A DNA stretch of 64,000 bases from Candidatus Bipolaricaulota bacterium (GCA_018335015.1 JAGXKX010000002.1:316-64315), one strand, 5' to 3'; counted from the stretch's first letter, positions 27,981-38,063 are shown. A program made the numbers and translations. The notes: generated by a model from the letters alone, not told the origin.

Positions 27981-29417
27981 TCACTCCAAACTTTCCAGCG
28001 CCGTATTTAACCTGTCACAGGTAACTTCCGGACCCAAAATGCTCAGGACCTCCTTGATTTCCGGTCCGGAAATCTTTCCGGTAACCGCTGCACGTAGCGG
28101 TTTGTATACTTCTTTGTATTCAACTTCCAGGTCCTCTTTGACCTCTTTTACAATCGTCGAAACTTCGTCCGAGGAAAGAAATTCCCTGGTAGAAAATTTC
28201 TCTTCGAGTGCTTCCAGCACGGCGGTTGAACCATCCCAGTTTAAAACCTCTTTTGCCTCCGAATTCAATTCCAGCGACCCGTAGAATATTTCTAGGTCCT
28301 CGTGGTCCTTAAGATCGGTCAACTTCTCGAGAGAGGGCCTTATTAGGTCAAGAACTTTCTTCAGCTTTTCACGCCCGTCTTCTTCGGGTTCTTCCTCGAT
28401 GTAACCTCTCTCCTTCAAAAGCGGCACCGATAGACCGACCAGACGGTCCAGTTCCGCCCTTTTTATGTACTGGTTGTTAAACCAGTCCAGCTTTTCCCTG
28501 TCGAAGACCTGAGGGCTATCGATTATGTTGTCCAGAGAGAACTTTTCTGTAAGTTCGGACACTGAAAATATTTCCTGGTTGTCCTTGGAGGACCAACCAA
28601 GCTGGGCCAGGTGATTTACGAGTGCCTCCGGAAGGTATCCATTTTTTTTGAACTCTTTTACCGAAGTGGCGCCGCTGCGCTTGCTCAATTTGGACTTATC
28701 GGGACCGAGAAGCATCGAGAGGTGACCGAATTGAGGCTGGTTGAAGTCAAGTGCGTCGTAAAGCAGTATCTGTTTGGCAGTGTTCGTTAAATGGTCTTCT
28801 GCCCTCATCGTGAAGCTTATTTCCATCAGGTGATCGTCCAGGACGCAGGCGAAGTTGTAACTCGGAGTGCCGTCCGACTTGAGGATGACGAAATCACCGG
28901 TGGTCAGGCTTTCGAATTCGACGTCTCCTTTTATTCTGTCCGGAACGACAACGCTGGGTTGCTGTTCGGGTAGCTTGAACCGTATAACGGAGTCGCGCCC
29001 TTCTTCTCGATATTCTTGCTTCTCTTCCTCCGACAGGTTCCGGCACCTTCCGTCGTAAGTCGGTGTGCGACCTTCGTCCAGAGCTTTTTGCCGTCTCTCT
29101 TCAAGTTCTTCCTCAGTACAGAAGCAGTGATAGGCCTTTTCTTCATGAACCAATCTGCGGGCGTATCGCTCGTATATTTCCAGCCTGTCGGATTGTTTGT
29201 AAAACTCGTCCCAGACTATTCCCAGCCACTTTAGGTCTTCTTTAATGCCTTCCGTGTACTTTTCCTGCGACCTATCCAGGTCGGTATCCTCTATTCGAAG
29301 AATTAGCTTGCCGTCGTGTTTCTTGGCGTATAACCAATTAAAAAGCGCTGTCCTTGCCCCTCCGACGTGGAGCCAACCGGTCGGCGAAGGAGCAAACCGA
29401 ACTCTTTCTGTCTTCAC
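27981..29417 (-). CDS. gltX: glutamate--tRNA ligase
   Basis: RFAPSPTGWLHVGGARTA (HIGH region) and KLSKR (KMSKS region). GTG start. Confidence 0.95.
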   Translation of the reverse strand: MKTERVRFAPSPTGWLHVGGARTALFNWLYAKKHDGKLILRIEDTDLDRSQEKYTEGIKEDLKWLGIVWDEFYKQSDRLEIYERYARRLVHEEKAYHCFCTEEELEERRQKALDEGRTPTYDGRCRNLSEEEKQEYREEGRDSVIRFKLPEQQPSVVVPDRIKGDVEFESLTTGDFVILKSDGTPSYNFACVLDDHLMEISFTMRAEDHLTNTAKQILLYDALDFNQPQFGHLSMLLGPDKSKLSKRSGATSVKEFKKNGYLPEALVNHLAQLGWSSKDNQEIFSVSELTEKFSLDNIIDSPQVFDREKLDWFNNQYIKRAELDRLVGLSVPLLKERGYIEEEPEEDGREKLKKVLDLIRPSLEKLTDLKDHEDLEIFYGSLELNSEAKEVLNWDGSTAVLEALEEKFSTREFLSSDEVSTIVKEVKEDLEVEYKEVYKPLRAAVTGKISGPEIKEVLSILGPEVTCDRLNTALESLE

Positions 29418-29468
29418 AAATATTTCCCTCCAACTATTTTTCGAGACATCTATAAAACTATCTTACAT

Positions 29469-29496
29469 ATTATAGAGACGAAGCGGTAAAGTGCAA
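29469..29496 (-). promoter_or_regulatory. putative sigma70-type promoter of gltX
   Basis: On the minus strand, TTGCAC (29491-29496), a 16-nt spacer and TATAAT (29469-29474), about 50 nt upstream of the start codon. Confidence 0.4.
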
Positions 29497-29588
29497 ATTA
29501 AAACTCAAATATATTCATCATATCTGTACCTCGTTATCCAGTCCTCACCTGCCCTCTTCCCCTCGACCGGTAACTAATTTAACTTTAG

Positions 29589-29754
29589 CTCGGTCTCTTC
29601 ACCAAAGACCGATTTATCTGGCCCTACTTCTAGTTCTCCCCCCTTAGATAGCTGCCGGATTTCGTAGACTGGCGATTTTTAAAGGTTAAATCAGTTGCCA
29701 GCTAAGGGGGGAGAACTAGAAGTAAAGAAATGAACTGTTAGAAAGACCTTAGAG
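29589..29754 (+). repeat. MITE-like element, copy h (short right arm)
   Basis: Left end CTCGGTCTCTTCACCAAAG. The copy-specific outer stem CTTCTAGTTCTCCCCCC (29627-29643) pairs perfectly (17/17) with 29706-29722. The conserved loop is GCTGCCGGATTTCG...GGTTAAATCAGTTGCCAG. Confidence 0.85.
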
Positions 29755-29773
29755 TTGGTCGGCAGTACTTTGT

Positions 29774-31759
29774 TTAACCTGCCATCGCTTCTCTTAATTC
29801 CTCGATCTCGTCACGATAGGCTGCGGCCTTTTCGAACTCCAATCTCTCGGCAGCATCCTCCATCGACTTCTCGAGCTTTTCCACAATCATCAAAACTTCG
29901 CTTTCATCCATCTCCTCCAGTTCTTCTTCGCCGGGCACTTGAACGTCCTGGGAAGACTCTGGCTCTATGAGCTGGGCGATGTCAGTGATATCCTTCTTTA
30001 TTGTTTCGGGCTCGATGTCGTGTTTTTTATTATACTCCTTCTGGATTTCCCGCCTCCGGTTTGTTTCGTCTATCGCGCGCCTCATCGAGTCCGTCATCCT
30101 GTCGGCGTAGAGAATGACCTTACCCCTAACGTTCCTTGCGGCTCGTCCCATCGTCTGGATCAATGACGTATCAGAGCGCAGAAATCCTTCTTTGTCCGCG
30201 TCGAGGATTGCTACCAGAGAGGCCTCCGGGAGGTCCAGGCCCTCCCGGAGCAGGTTTATTCCGACCAGTACATTGAATTCGCCCTGACGCAGCTCACGGA
30301 GAATTTTTACCCGATCGATCGTGTCGATTTCCGAGTGGAGGTATCGAGCCTTGACTCCAACTTCCAGGAAGTAGTCCGAAAGTTCCTCGGCGAGCTTCTT
30401 CGTTAACGTTGTTACCAAAACTCTCTCGTTTCTTTCTGTTACCTCGTTTATCTCGTTTAACAGGTCGTCTACCTGGTTTTCTATCGGTCGTACTTTGACT
30501 TCCGGGTCCACGAGCCCGGTCGGCCTTATTATCTGTTCTACGACTTTTTCGCTATTTTCGTATTCGTAGGGACCTGGAGTAGCCGAGGTATAAATTACCT
30601 GATTGATCCTCTCCTCGAACTCCTCGAATTTAAGCGGGCGATTGTCGAGGGCAGAAGGTAATCTATAACCGTGTTCTACGAGGGTTTCCTTTCTCGATCT
30701 GTCCCCGTTGTACATCCCGCCCAGCTGGGGAATAGTCTGGTGGGATTCGTCGACGAAGATTAGAAAATCGTCCGGGAAGTAATCGATCAACGTGTAAGGT
30801 GGTTCGCCCGGACCCCTGTTGGTAAGGTGCCTGGAGTAGTTTTCGATCCCTTTACAGTAACCAAGTTCTTCCATCATTTCCAGGTCGTAGCGGGTTTGGT
30901 TCTCGAGTCTCTGTGCTTCTAACAGCTTTCCTCGTTCTCTCAACTTTTCCAGCCGCTCCTCCAGCTCATCCTCGATATTCTCCATGGCCTCGTTCAGTTT
31001 CGACCGGGAGGTTATAAAGTGGGTCGCGGGATAAATTACGACTTCGTCCTTTTCCTCCAGGGTCCTTCCGGTTATTGAATCTATAAGCCTTATCCTGTCT
31101 ATCTTGTCGCCGAAGAACTCTACCCTAACTACTTCCTCCCCGTAAATTGGAACTATCTCCACGGTATCGCCCCTCACGCGGAACGTTCCCCGTTCCGGGT
31201 TTAGGTCGTTTCGCTTGTATTGCAGCCGAACCAGGTTTCGCAATAGATGGTCCCTTTCCAGGTGACTGTCGAGCGTTAGCGGCCTTGCCATGTCGGAGTA
31301 GGTATCGGGGGAACCAAGCCCGTAGATACAGGAAACGCTGGCCACAATTATCACGTCATCACGCTCGAACAGAGCTGAGGTCGCCTTGTGGCGAAGTCGA
31401 TCTATCTCATCGTTGATGGAGGAGTCCTTTTCAATGTAGGTGTCCGTTTCGGGGACGTAGGCTTCTGGCTGATAGTAATCGTAGTAAGATACAAAATAGT
31501 GGACGGCGTTGTCGGGAAATAATTCGTTGAATTCGTTCCAGAGCTGAGCGGTGAGTGTCTTATTATGGGCGATAACCAGGGTCGGTTTCTGAACGTTCTC
31601 TATTATGTTTGCCATGGTGAACGTCTTGCCGGTCCCGGTGGCACCGAGGAGGGTCTGATGGGTTAAACCGTCCCTTAAGCCTTCAGTCAATTCTTCTATT
31701 GCCTTCGGCTGATCGCCTTTTGGCTCTTTTTCGGTTTTTAGAACGAATTCTTCACTCAT
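29774..31759 (-). CDS. uvrB: excinuclease ABC subunit B
   Basis: 661-aa ORF with GATGTGKT Walker A, helicase motifs and a C-terminal UVR domain ([17 protein letters not shown]). Confidence 0.97.
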   Translation of the reverse strand: MSEEFVLKTEKEPKGDQPKAIEELTEGLRDGLTHQTLLGATGTGKTFTMANIIENVQKPTLVIAHNKTLTAQLWNEFNELFPDNAVHYFVSYYDYYQPEAYVPETDTYIEKDSSINDEIDRLRHKATSALFERDDVIIVASVSCIYGLGSPDTYSDMARPLTLDSHLERDHLLRNLVRLQYKRNDLNPERGTFRVRGDTVEIVPIYGEEVVRVEFFGDKIDRIRLIDSITGRTLEEKDEVVIYPATHFITSRSKLNEAMENIEDELEERLEKLRERGKLLEAQRLENQTRYDLEMMEELGYCKGIENYSRHLTNRGPGEPPYTLIDYFPDDFLIFVDESHQTIPQLGGMYNGDRSRKETLVEHGYRLPSALDNRPLKFEEFEERINQVIYTSATPGPYEYENSEKVVEQIIRPTGLVDPEVKVRPIENQVDDLLNEINEVTERNERVLVTTLTKKLAEELSDYFLEVGVKARYLHSEIDTIDRVKILRELRQGEFNVLVGINLLREGLDLPEASLVAILDADKEGFLRSDTSLIQTMGRAARNVRGKVILYADRMTDSMRRAIDETNRRREIQKEYNKKHDIEPETIKKDITDIAQLIEPESSQDVQVPGEEELEEMDESEVLMIVEKLEKSMEDAAERLEFEKAAAYRDEIEELREAMAG

Positions 31760-31808
31760 CTCGATAAATTTTAATCAATTGAAGTTGGTTTGTCAGCGGG
31801 AGAAAAGA

Positions 31809-32056
31809 CGCCCGTCTTTCCCAGTACCGTGCCTAATTGTCTAGCCCTTGTTCGCTACCTTCCGCTTGCCCGGCGACTTATTTAACTTTTAAATATAGCA
31901 GTAGACGTAATCCCGGCAGCCAGATAAGCTGTAGAGGGCTTGTGAGATAAAGTCAATTACCCCGCCCCGATCTTTGGGGCTTACTCGGCGAGTTTTGGTT
32001 AATGATTGGGCCAAACTACGTCCACCTTAGCATAAGTGGTAAAAGAACTGGCTGAG
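31809..32056 (-). repeat. MITE-like element, copy i (inverted orientation, degenerate with an insertion in the stem)
   Basis: The RC reads CTCAGCCAGTTCTTTTACCAC...TATCTGGCTGCCGGGATTACGTCTACTGCTATATTTAAAAGTTAAATAAGTCGCCGGG. Core at about 31843-31942. The element end is 1 nt from the ruvB stop codon (32058-32060). Confidence 0.65.
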
Positions 32057-32057
32057 G

Positions 32058-33083
32058 TTACAGGAGCCGGTTGCCGTCGTAGCCGAGATGTTCCAGGCCC
32101 TTTCTGGTGATCTTCCTCCCCTGACTGGTTCGTTCCAGGAAGCCTTTTGTAAGGAGATAGGGTTCGTAGACTTCGGAGATAGTATCCTTCTGTTCGGATA
32201 GGGCGGCTGAGATAGTGTCGAGCCCGACCGGGCCGCCATCGAACTTTTCGACTATCGTGGATAGAATCCGCCGATCCAGTTTGTCCAATCCTTTGTCATC
32301 GATGCCAAGCATCTCAAGTGCTTCCCGCGCGACCTCTCTGTCTATATATCCGTCCGCTCTTACTTCAGCGTAATCCCGGGTTCTTTTGAGGAGCCGATTG
32401 GCAACTCTTGGCGTACCCCTGGACCTTTTTGCTATTTCATTTGCTCCTCCTTTGCCGTCGCTTATCTCTATGTCCAGGAGATCGGCACCTCGAAGAACTA
32501 TTCGCTCTATAGCTTCCACGTCGTAAAAATCAAGGTGAAGGACCACTTCAAACCTGTCCCGGAGCGGCGAGGTTAATAGGCCCGTCCTCGTCGTGGCCCC
32601 GATCAGGGTAAACGGAGGGACGTCCAACCTGATCGATTGGGCGCTTGGGCCTTCCCCTATAACGATATCGATTTTGAAGTCCTCCATCGCGGGATACAAA
32701 ACCTCTTCCACGTTACGTCTCAGCCTATGTATTTCGTCGATAAATAGAATATCGCCGGGAGCCAGGTTACTTACTATTGCAGCGAGGTCACCTGGCTTGT
32801 CGATGGCGGGTCCGGAAGTTGTTTTAATGCTTACCCCCATTTCGTGGGATACTATGTGGGCAAGGGTGGTCTTACCCAGTCCGGGAGGGCCGTGAAAGAG
32901 AGTATGGTCTACGGAACCGCCTCGGTTCAGAGCGGCCTCGAGCAGAATCGTCAGTCTTTTCTTAACCTCGGTCTGGCCGATAAAATCGTCCAGTTTTTTG
33001 GGGCGCAGGTTGGATAACCCGGTATCGCTCGACTTCTTCTCCTGACTAAGCGGCCCCCTGTTGTCTTTTTCTTCGTTATCCAT
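32058..33083 (-). CDS. ruvB: Holliday junction branch migration helicase RuvB
   Basis: [21 protein letters not shown] and DEIHRL motifs. ATG 33083 is preferred over the TTG at 33122 given in the track. Confidence 0.93.
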   Translation of the reverse strand: MDNEEKDNRGPLSQEKKSSDTGLSNLRPKKLDDFIGQTEVKKRLTILLEAALNRGGSVDHTLFHGPPGLGKTTLAHIVSHEMGVSIKTTSGPAIDKPGDLAAIVSNLAPGDILFIDEIHRLRRNVEEVLYPAMEDFKIDIVIGEGPSAQSIRLDVPPFTLIGATTRTGLLTSPLRDRFEVVLHLDFYDVEAIERIVLRGADLLDIEISDGKGGANEIAKRSRGTPRVANRLLKRTRDYAEVRADGYIDREVAREALEMLGIDDKGLDKLDRRILSTIVEKFDGGPVGLDTISAALSEQKDTISEVYEPYLLTKGFLERTSQGRKITRKGLEHLGYDGNRLL

Positions 33084-33267
33084 GACTATACTATTGTAAA
33101 CGTATAAACCTTTAAGGTGCAACAGCCCTTTACCGGTTTTGATATGGAGATTAACCGTCGATATAATTGAGTCGACACCTGCAGGAATTTTTTGGAGACC
33201 ACGATGTTATCATCATAAATTCTCGTAATTTGCCAGAGAACTCTCATCACTGGCGAAAAGGAATTTA

Positions 33268-34254
33268 ATGAACAGATTAAAAGAGATAGAGGACGAAATA
33301 TCACGCCACGATAGATTTATTATTGGATCTCATAGAAGTCCGGAAGCGGACGCGATCGGGAGCCAGCTGGGACTGAGCAGAGCTTTACGCCAGAGAGGCA
33401 AGCAAACGATTCTGTACAATCGGGATGGTGTACCGAAAAATCTTTCCTTTTTAAAAGGTTCTGATTCCGTACTCAAGCACGACGAGTTGCCCGAGGAAGT
33501 AGCTGACGTGGAAATGGGCATAGTCTTGGATTGCAGCGGCCTTGACAGGTTAGGCGATAAGGGTAAGAGATTGTTTAGGGGCTTGCCAATTATCAATATC
33601 GACCATCACAAGGACAACACCAATTTCGGTGACATCAATTATGTCGAACCGGTCGCTGCGACAACGCAAATAATTGCCGATTTGATTCAGTACATGGGGC
33701 TCAAACTGGACGAACCGATTGCTACCGCGCTATACTCAGGCGTGATAGCGGATACTTCTTCTTTTAGAAACGAGAACGTAAGTGCAAATCTTATGGCCAA
33801 AGCGGCCGAGTTGCTGGAGGGCGGTGCGGACGCCAGATCCGTAATCGTTAACTTATACGAGCGAGAACCGTTTTCTAAATTAAAGCTTCTCGGTGAAGTG
33901 TTGTCTACGGCGGAATTCAAGGAACGAATAGTCTGGGCCGAGATAACGCCTGAGAAAATCGCGAAGGCCGGGGCAACTCAGGAGGATACGGAAGGAATTG
34001 TTGGCAAGTTGCGGACTACCGAGGGAGCGAAGGTAGCTTGCCTGTTCAAGAAACTACCGGAGGACACTATAAAGGTATCCCTGAGGTCGAAAGACGGGGT
34101 TGACGTCAGTAAAGTTGCAGCAGAATTTGGCGGTGGAGGTCATAGAGTGGCTGCCGGGTGCATGGTGGACGGGGAACTGGAAGAAGTTAAAGAGAAAGTT
34201 TTGAAAGAGATAAAGAAAAAGATGGGCGCAACCAGGTCCTCGAAGCGAAAATGA
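33268..34254 (+). CDS. DHH-family phosphoesterase (NrnA-like oligoribonuclease / pAp phosphatase)
   Basis: Motifs HRSPEADAIGS, DHH (NIDHHKDN) and DHHA1 GGGGH. Confidence 0.85.
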   Translation: MNRLKEIEDEISRHDRFIIGSHRSPEADAIGSQLGLSRALRQRGKQTILYNRDGVPKNLSFLKGSDSVLKHDELPEEVADVEMGIVLDCSGLDRLGDKGKRLFRGLPIINIDHHKDNTNFGDINYVEPVAATTQIIADLIQYMGLKLDEPIATALYSGVIADTSSFRNENVSANLMAKAAELLEGGADARSVIVNLYEREPFSKLKLLGEVLSTAEFKERIVWAEITPEKIAKAGATQEDTEGIVGKLRTTEGAKVACLFKKLPEDTIKVSLRSKDGVDVSKVAAEFGGGGHRVAAGCMVDGELEEVKEKVLKEIKKKMGATRSSKRK

Positions 34255-35177
34255 AAAAAAGTGGAACTGGAAGTAGTTCTACCGACGGCGATTTGGCTCT
34301 GACCATCGGGACTTTTGACGGTGTGCACCTGGGACACCAGCATTTACTGGACGTAACTAAAAACATCGCAAACGCTCGAGGGATAGAAAGCGCCGCTTAC
34401 ACGTACAAAGTTCCGCCCAGGAGGCATCTTGTCGAGTCGGGACCCCCGTTAATTATGGATCCCGACAAGAAATTAAACCTGCTGCAAAGTCATGTAGGAC
34501 GAGTGATTGTGGGAGATTTTCTCGAGGTTAGAGATTATAGCCCGGAACGTTACGTCGAGGAGATTCTGGTGGATCGGTTAAACGTTGATGCGGTAATAGT
34601 GGGTGATGATTGGCGGTTCGGGCAAAATAGAACCGGCTCCCACGCCGACCTTAAAGAGTTGAGCAAAGGAAGGTTCACTGTTCATCCTCAGGATAAGGTA
34701 AAAAAGAGAGGCAAGCCCGTGAGTAGTACATGGATCCGTCGGTCTATCGTGAACGGGGAAATGGAGTTAGCGGCCGATCTCCTCGGACGATACCCGAGTT
34801 ACTCCGGGAAGGTAGTGAGGGGGCACCAGATTGGTGAAGATATCGGATTCCCCACGGCAAATATCGAGCTCGACCCAAGGGTTGCTTTACCAAAAAACGG
34901 CAATTACGCTGCTTTTGTGGACCTTGGTGGCGAGAGATTAGGGGCTGCAGTTCACGTCGGAAATCGTCCAACTTTCGACGAGAGTCGGAACCACCAAATT
35001 GAGGTACATCTAATGGATTATGACGGCAATCTTTACGGCCAACAACTCGAAGTCAGTCTCGTAAAGTACCTCGGTCGGTCCCAAAAGTACGAAAAAAGAA
35101 AAGAGCTAAGAAGAGCTATAGGTAATTACGTTACCGAAGCAAAAAAAGTCTTGAAAGACGTCAGTGCGGTAAATTAA
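34251..35177 (+). CDS. ribF: bifunctional riboflavin kinase / FAD synthetase
   Basis: GTFDGVHLGHQ nucleotidyltransferase motif, plus a C-terminal riboflavin kinase domain (GFPTANI ... EVHL). Confidence 0.93.
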   Translation: MKKSGTGSSSTDGDLALTIGTFDGVHLGHQHLLDVTKNIANARGIESAAYTYKVPPRRHLVESGPPLIMDPDKKLNLLQSHVGRVIVGDFLEVRDYSPERYVEEILVDRLNVDAVIVGDDWRFGQNRTGSHADLKELSKGRFTVHPQDKVKKRGKPVSSTWIRRSIVNGEMELAADLLGRYPSYSGKVVRGHQIGEDIGFPTANIELDPRVALPKNGNYAAFVDLGGERLGAAVHVGNRPTFDESRNHQIEVHLMDYDGNLYGQQLEVSLVKYLGRSQKYEKRKELRRAIGNYVTEAKKVLKDVSAVN

Positions 35178-35203
35178 CACTAAATAATATTTGGGAGGTC
35201 CTT

Positions 35204-35632
35204 ATGGCAAAAGCGTGGCGAGAATACGTCAAACAGGAGTTTATGAAGGCAGACAGCGAGTTCGTGGAAGAACTTCCGGTGAATTCAATAGATATATCCA
35301 CTTTCGGTTTAATCAGCGAGGCTACGTCTTTCGTACCGGTGCGGATAGATGGAGAAGTTCATTTGCGCCCCTTGCCGGGAGGGTTATCCGCCCTGCGAGA
35401 CGACATCCAGGACTCTCCTCGCCCGGGCGGAGGATTTAGCCTGGACGATGCTCTTAAAACTTTGACTTCGTTCGCGGAGGATTGGGAAGGAAAGATAAAA
35501 GAGAAGAAGAAATGGGAAAAGATGATGGAGCTGGCCGAGGAAGAAGGTCAAATTATGGATCAGGAAGATTACGAGGAACAGTCGAAAACAAAAACTTCAT
35601 TTATGGATAAATTTAAGAGCCTGTTCAAGTAA
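35204..35632 (+). CDS. hypothetical acidic protein (142 aa)
   Basis: ORF between ribF and cca with a GGAGG RBS. I recognise no motif. Confidence 0.5.
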   Translation: MAKAWREYVKQEFMKADSEFVEELPVNSIDISTFGLISEATSFVPVRIDGEVHLRPLPGGLSALRDDIQDSPRPGGGFSLDDALKTLTSFAEDWEGKIKEKKKWEKMMELAEEEGQIMDQEDYEEQSKTKTSFMDKFKSLFK

Positions 35633-35633
35633 T

Positions 35634-37073
35634 ATGCCCAGGATTGACCTAGATGAGGTACTGGCTCCGCACCCCTACGCGAAGGAACTTCTCGAAAGGC
35701 TATCCCGGGCCGGCTATCGATCGGTGATAGTGGGAGGTACGGTAAGGGACGCTCTCCTGGGGGAGTACGATGATAGCTATGCCTTTGACCCCGAAACCAC
35801 CGATATCGACATAGCTACTGCAGCCAGTCCGGAAGAGATAAAGGAGACATTTCCCTATTACGATTTTCTCGAGGTGGGGGAAAGTTTTGGTGTGTTAATT
35901 CTAGTGGCACCCGACGGAAACCAGTACGAAGTGGCGCAGTTCAGGACGGAATCCGATTACGATGGTCGGCGACCGGGAGAAGTACAACCGACCGATTCTC
36001 TTGAGGAGGACGTAAGGCGGAGGGATTTCACGGTCAACGGGCTGGCATTGAGTCTTGACGGAGAAGTCATCGATCTGGTCGGCGGCATAAGGGATTTGAA
36101 GAAAAAGATCGTCAGAGCGATTGGCGATCCCCGGAACAGGTTCAGGGAGGATTATCTTCGGCCTCTCCGGGCAATAAGAGTTGTCTGTTATTTGAGGGGA
36201 GAGATAGAAGAGGAAACCGAAAAGGCAATCGAGGAGGTAGCCGATGAGATCACCAGTATCTCCCAGGAGCGGATAAGGGAGGAACTATTCAGGATTTTAG
36301 AAACTTCCAGGTCCGGTCGGGGGTTTAGGCTCTGCCACAAAACTGGTTTGCTCGAGCAGATCCTGCCGGAAATGGTTGCGAACGAGGGAATACCTCAGTC
36401 CGAAGAATACCACCCGGAAGGAGACGTTCTGGAACATAGCCTCCAGGGACTGGACGTGGCTGACGCGCTTGAATTTTCTCCGCTGACGAAGTTTGCCGTC
36501 TTCCTTCACGACGTAGGGAAGGCCGATGCCTACTACAAAAACGATAAGCAGCACATGGGGGGTCACGCCTCGATCGGAAGGAGGAAGACCGAGGAGATCG
36601 CTTCCCGGCTAAGACTTTCCAACGAAGAAGCGAAAAAACTAACCTGGCTCGTTGAGAACCACATGAGGGGATCGGTTTTGCCCAGGATGAGAAGGGCAAA
36701 GCAGGTAAAACTGGTTCGAGCCCACCAGGATAAAGATTTCTCGATTGACGCCGTGACGGAACGGTTTGATTACTTCACGACACTTCTGAAGACGATAATT
36801 GCGGACAGCGAGGCAAGTTCCCACGGGGTAGAAGGTTGGCTTCCCGTAATGCAGGAGTTTTCGAGTCTTTTACCTCACCTCCAGCACCTCGAAAACCTGG
36901 GGACGGCCCGGAAGTTGGTCGACGGTAACGACCTAAAAGAACTGGGATTACAGGAAGGGCCTACTCTTGGCGAGGTCCTGGAGTCACTTCACGAAAAGAT
37001 TTACGCCGGAGAAATTCAATCCCGGGAAGCCGCCCTGCAGGAGGCAGCAAAGCTTGTTGAAGATCTGAGTTAA
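35634..37073 (+). CDS. cca: CCA-adding enzyme / poly(A) polymerase-family tRNA nucleotidyltransferase with HD domain
   Basis: GGTVRD and DIDIAT (pol-beta nucleotidyltransferase) motifs, RRDFTVNG, and the HD region FLHDVGK. Confidence 0.85.
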   Translation: MPRIDLDEVLAPHPYAKELLERLSRAGYRSVIVGGTVRDALLGEYDDSYAFDPETTDIDIATAASPEEIKETFPYYDFLEVGESFGVLILVAPDGNQYEVAQFRTESDYDGRRPGEVQPTDSLEEDVRRRDFTVNGLALSLDGEVIDLVGGIRDLKKKIVRAIGDPRNRFREDYLRPLRAIRVVCYLRGEIEEETEKAIEEVADEITSISQERIREELFRILETSRSGRGFRLCHKTGLLEQILPEMVANEGIPQSEEYHPEGDVLEHSLQGLDVADALEFSPLTKFAVFLHDVGKADAYYKNDKQHMGGHASIGRRKTEEIASRLRLSNEEAKKLTWLVENHMRGSVLPRMRRAKQVKLVRAHQDKDFSIDAVTERFDYFTTLLKTIIADSEASSHGVEGWLPVMQEFSSLLPHLQHLENLGTARKLVDGNDLKELGLQEGPTLGEVLESLHEKIYAGEIQSREAALQEAAKLVEDLS

Positions 37074-38063
37074 CTACTTCTGATGAATTTCTATTACGTC
37101 TCCGTCCTTTAACACGTGGTCCTGGGCTACCTCCTGGCCGTCGTACCTCCCCGAACCCCAGATCCTGATATAATCCAGACTTTCTACCATATCCCTGTGG
37201 ATGGACCTAACTCCTTCCAGAACGGTGCTCCCTTTGTCCAAAATATACGGTTCCTGGAGGTCCGGCTCCTTGCCGGGCTTCTTAGTGTAAATCCTTATCT
37301 TGTTTAATCCCTCAAACACGAAGCCGGATAACCGGGAAAGTTTTTCTTCGTCCAGGATCGATATGGTCATTGTCGGGAGGCCGGAGGATTCTTCTATTTC
37401 CTCAGTAACTTCCGGTGAAGAGAGTTCATCGCTTTTCGTAATGACCACCTGACCTTTTCTGTTGGTTTTTCCTATGGCGTCTCTCTGAAAGTCCGCCTGC
37501 GGGGAAAAAATGTGTATGCCTTCCTCGTTGAGTAAGCTTACGGTTTGGTCGTAGTTCGCGACTGGGTCATCGGCCGCTCCGTCGACGAGAAGCAGAACTA
37601 AGTGGGCTTTTCTTATTAAATTGTAGACCCAGGTTTCCACGTACTCTTCGGAAATCGGCGGGGTGTCGATCAGCTGTATTTGTACGTCTTCGTGTTTTAC
37701 CATGCCGATAGTCGGTCCCTGGGTGGAGAAAGGAAAATCGGCGACCTTTGGTGTAGCGTTCGAGATCATGTCTAGAAGTGCCGATTTTCCTGAGTTTGGC
37801 AGGCCGGCAAGTACAACCTGCCCGGCCCCCTGCGGCTCTATCTGATCTGGTGTCTTAGCTCGGGTGGGCCCCTTCTTCTTCTGGGAGCTTTTTTTGAGGT
37901 CGGATATCCTCTTTCGGAGGTCAGCCTCGATCTTGTCCGTTCCTTTGTGGTTAGGAAGAAGTGAAAGCATTTCCTGGAGCGCATCAAGCTTTTCGTCCTT
38001 GGAATTTGCGTTACGGTACCTATCTTCAGCTTCGATGTACTCCGGAGGTAAATTGGCAGGCAT
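37074..38063 (-). CDS. DRG/Rbg-like GTPase with C-terminal TGS domain
   Basis: An N-terminal helical segment, then G1 GLPNSGKS, G3 DTPP, G4 TKSD, then a TGS-like C-terminus (IRIYTKKPGKEPD...GDVIEIH). Its stop codon directly abuts the cca stop, a 0-nt gap. Confidence 0.8.
   Translation of the reverse strand: MPANLPPEYIEAEDRYRNANSKDEKLDALQEMLSLLPNHKGTDKIEADLRKRISDLKKSSQKKKGPTRAKTPDQIEPQGAGQVVLAGLPNSGKSALLDMISNATPKVADFPFSTQGPTIGMVKHEDVQIQLIDTPPISEEYVETWVYNLIRKAHLVLLLVDGAADDPVANYDQTVSLLNEEGIHIFSPQADFQRDAIGKTNRKGQVVITKSDELSSPEVTEEIEESSGLPTMTISILDEEKLSRLSGFVFEGLNKIRIYTKKPGKEPDLQEPYILDKGSTVLEGVRSIHRDMVESLDYIRIWGSGRYDGQEVAQDHVLKDGDVIEIHQK

Noticed and set aside
33084-33122. TTG-initiated 13-codon extension of ruvB
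   Set aside because: It has no convincing RBS and the residues ([13 protein letters not shown]) are not RuvB-like. The ATG at 33083 is preferred, though this is uncertain.
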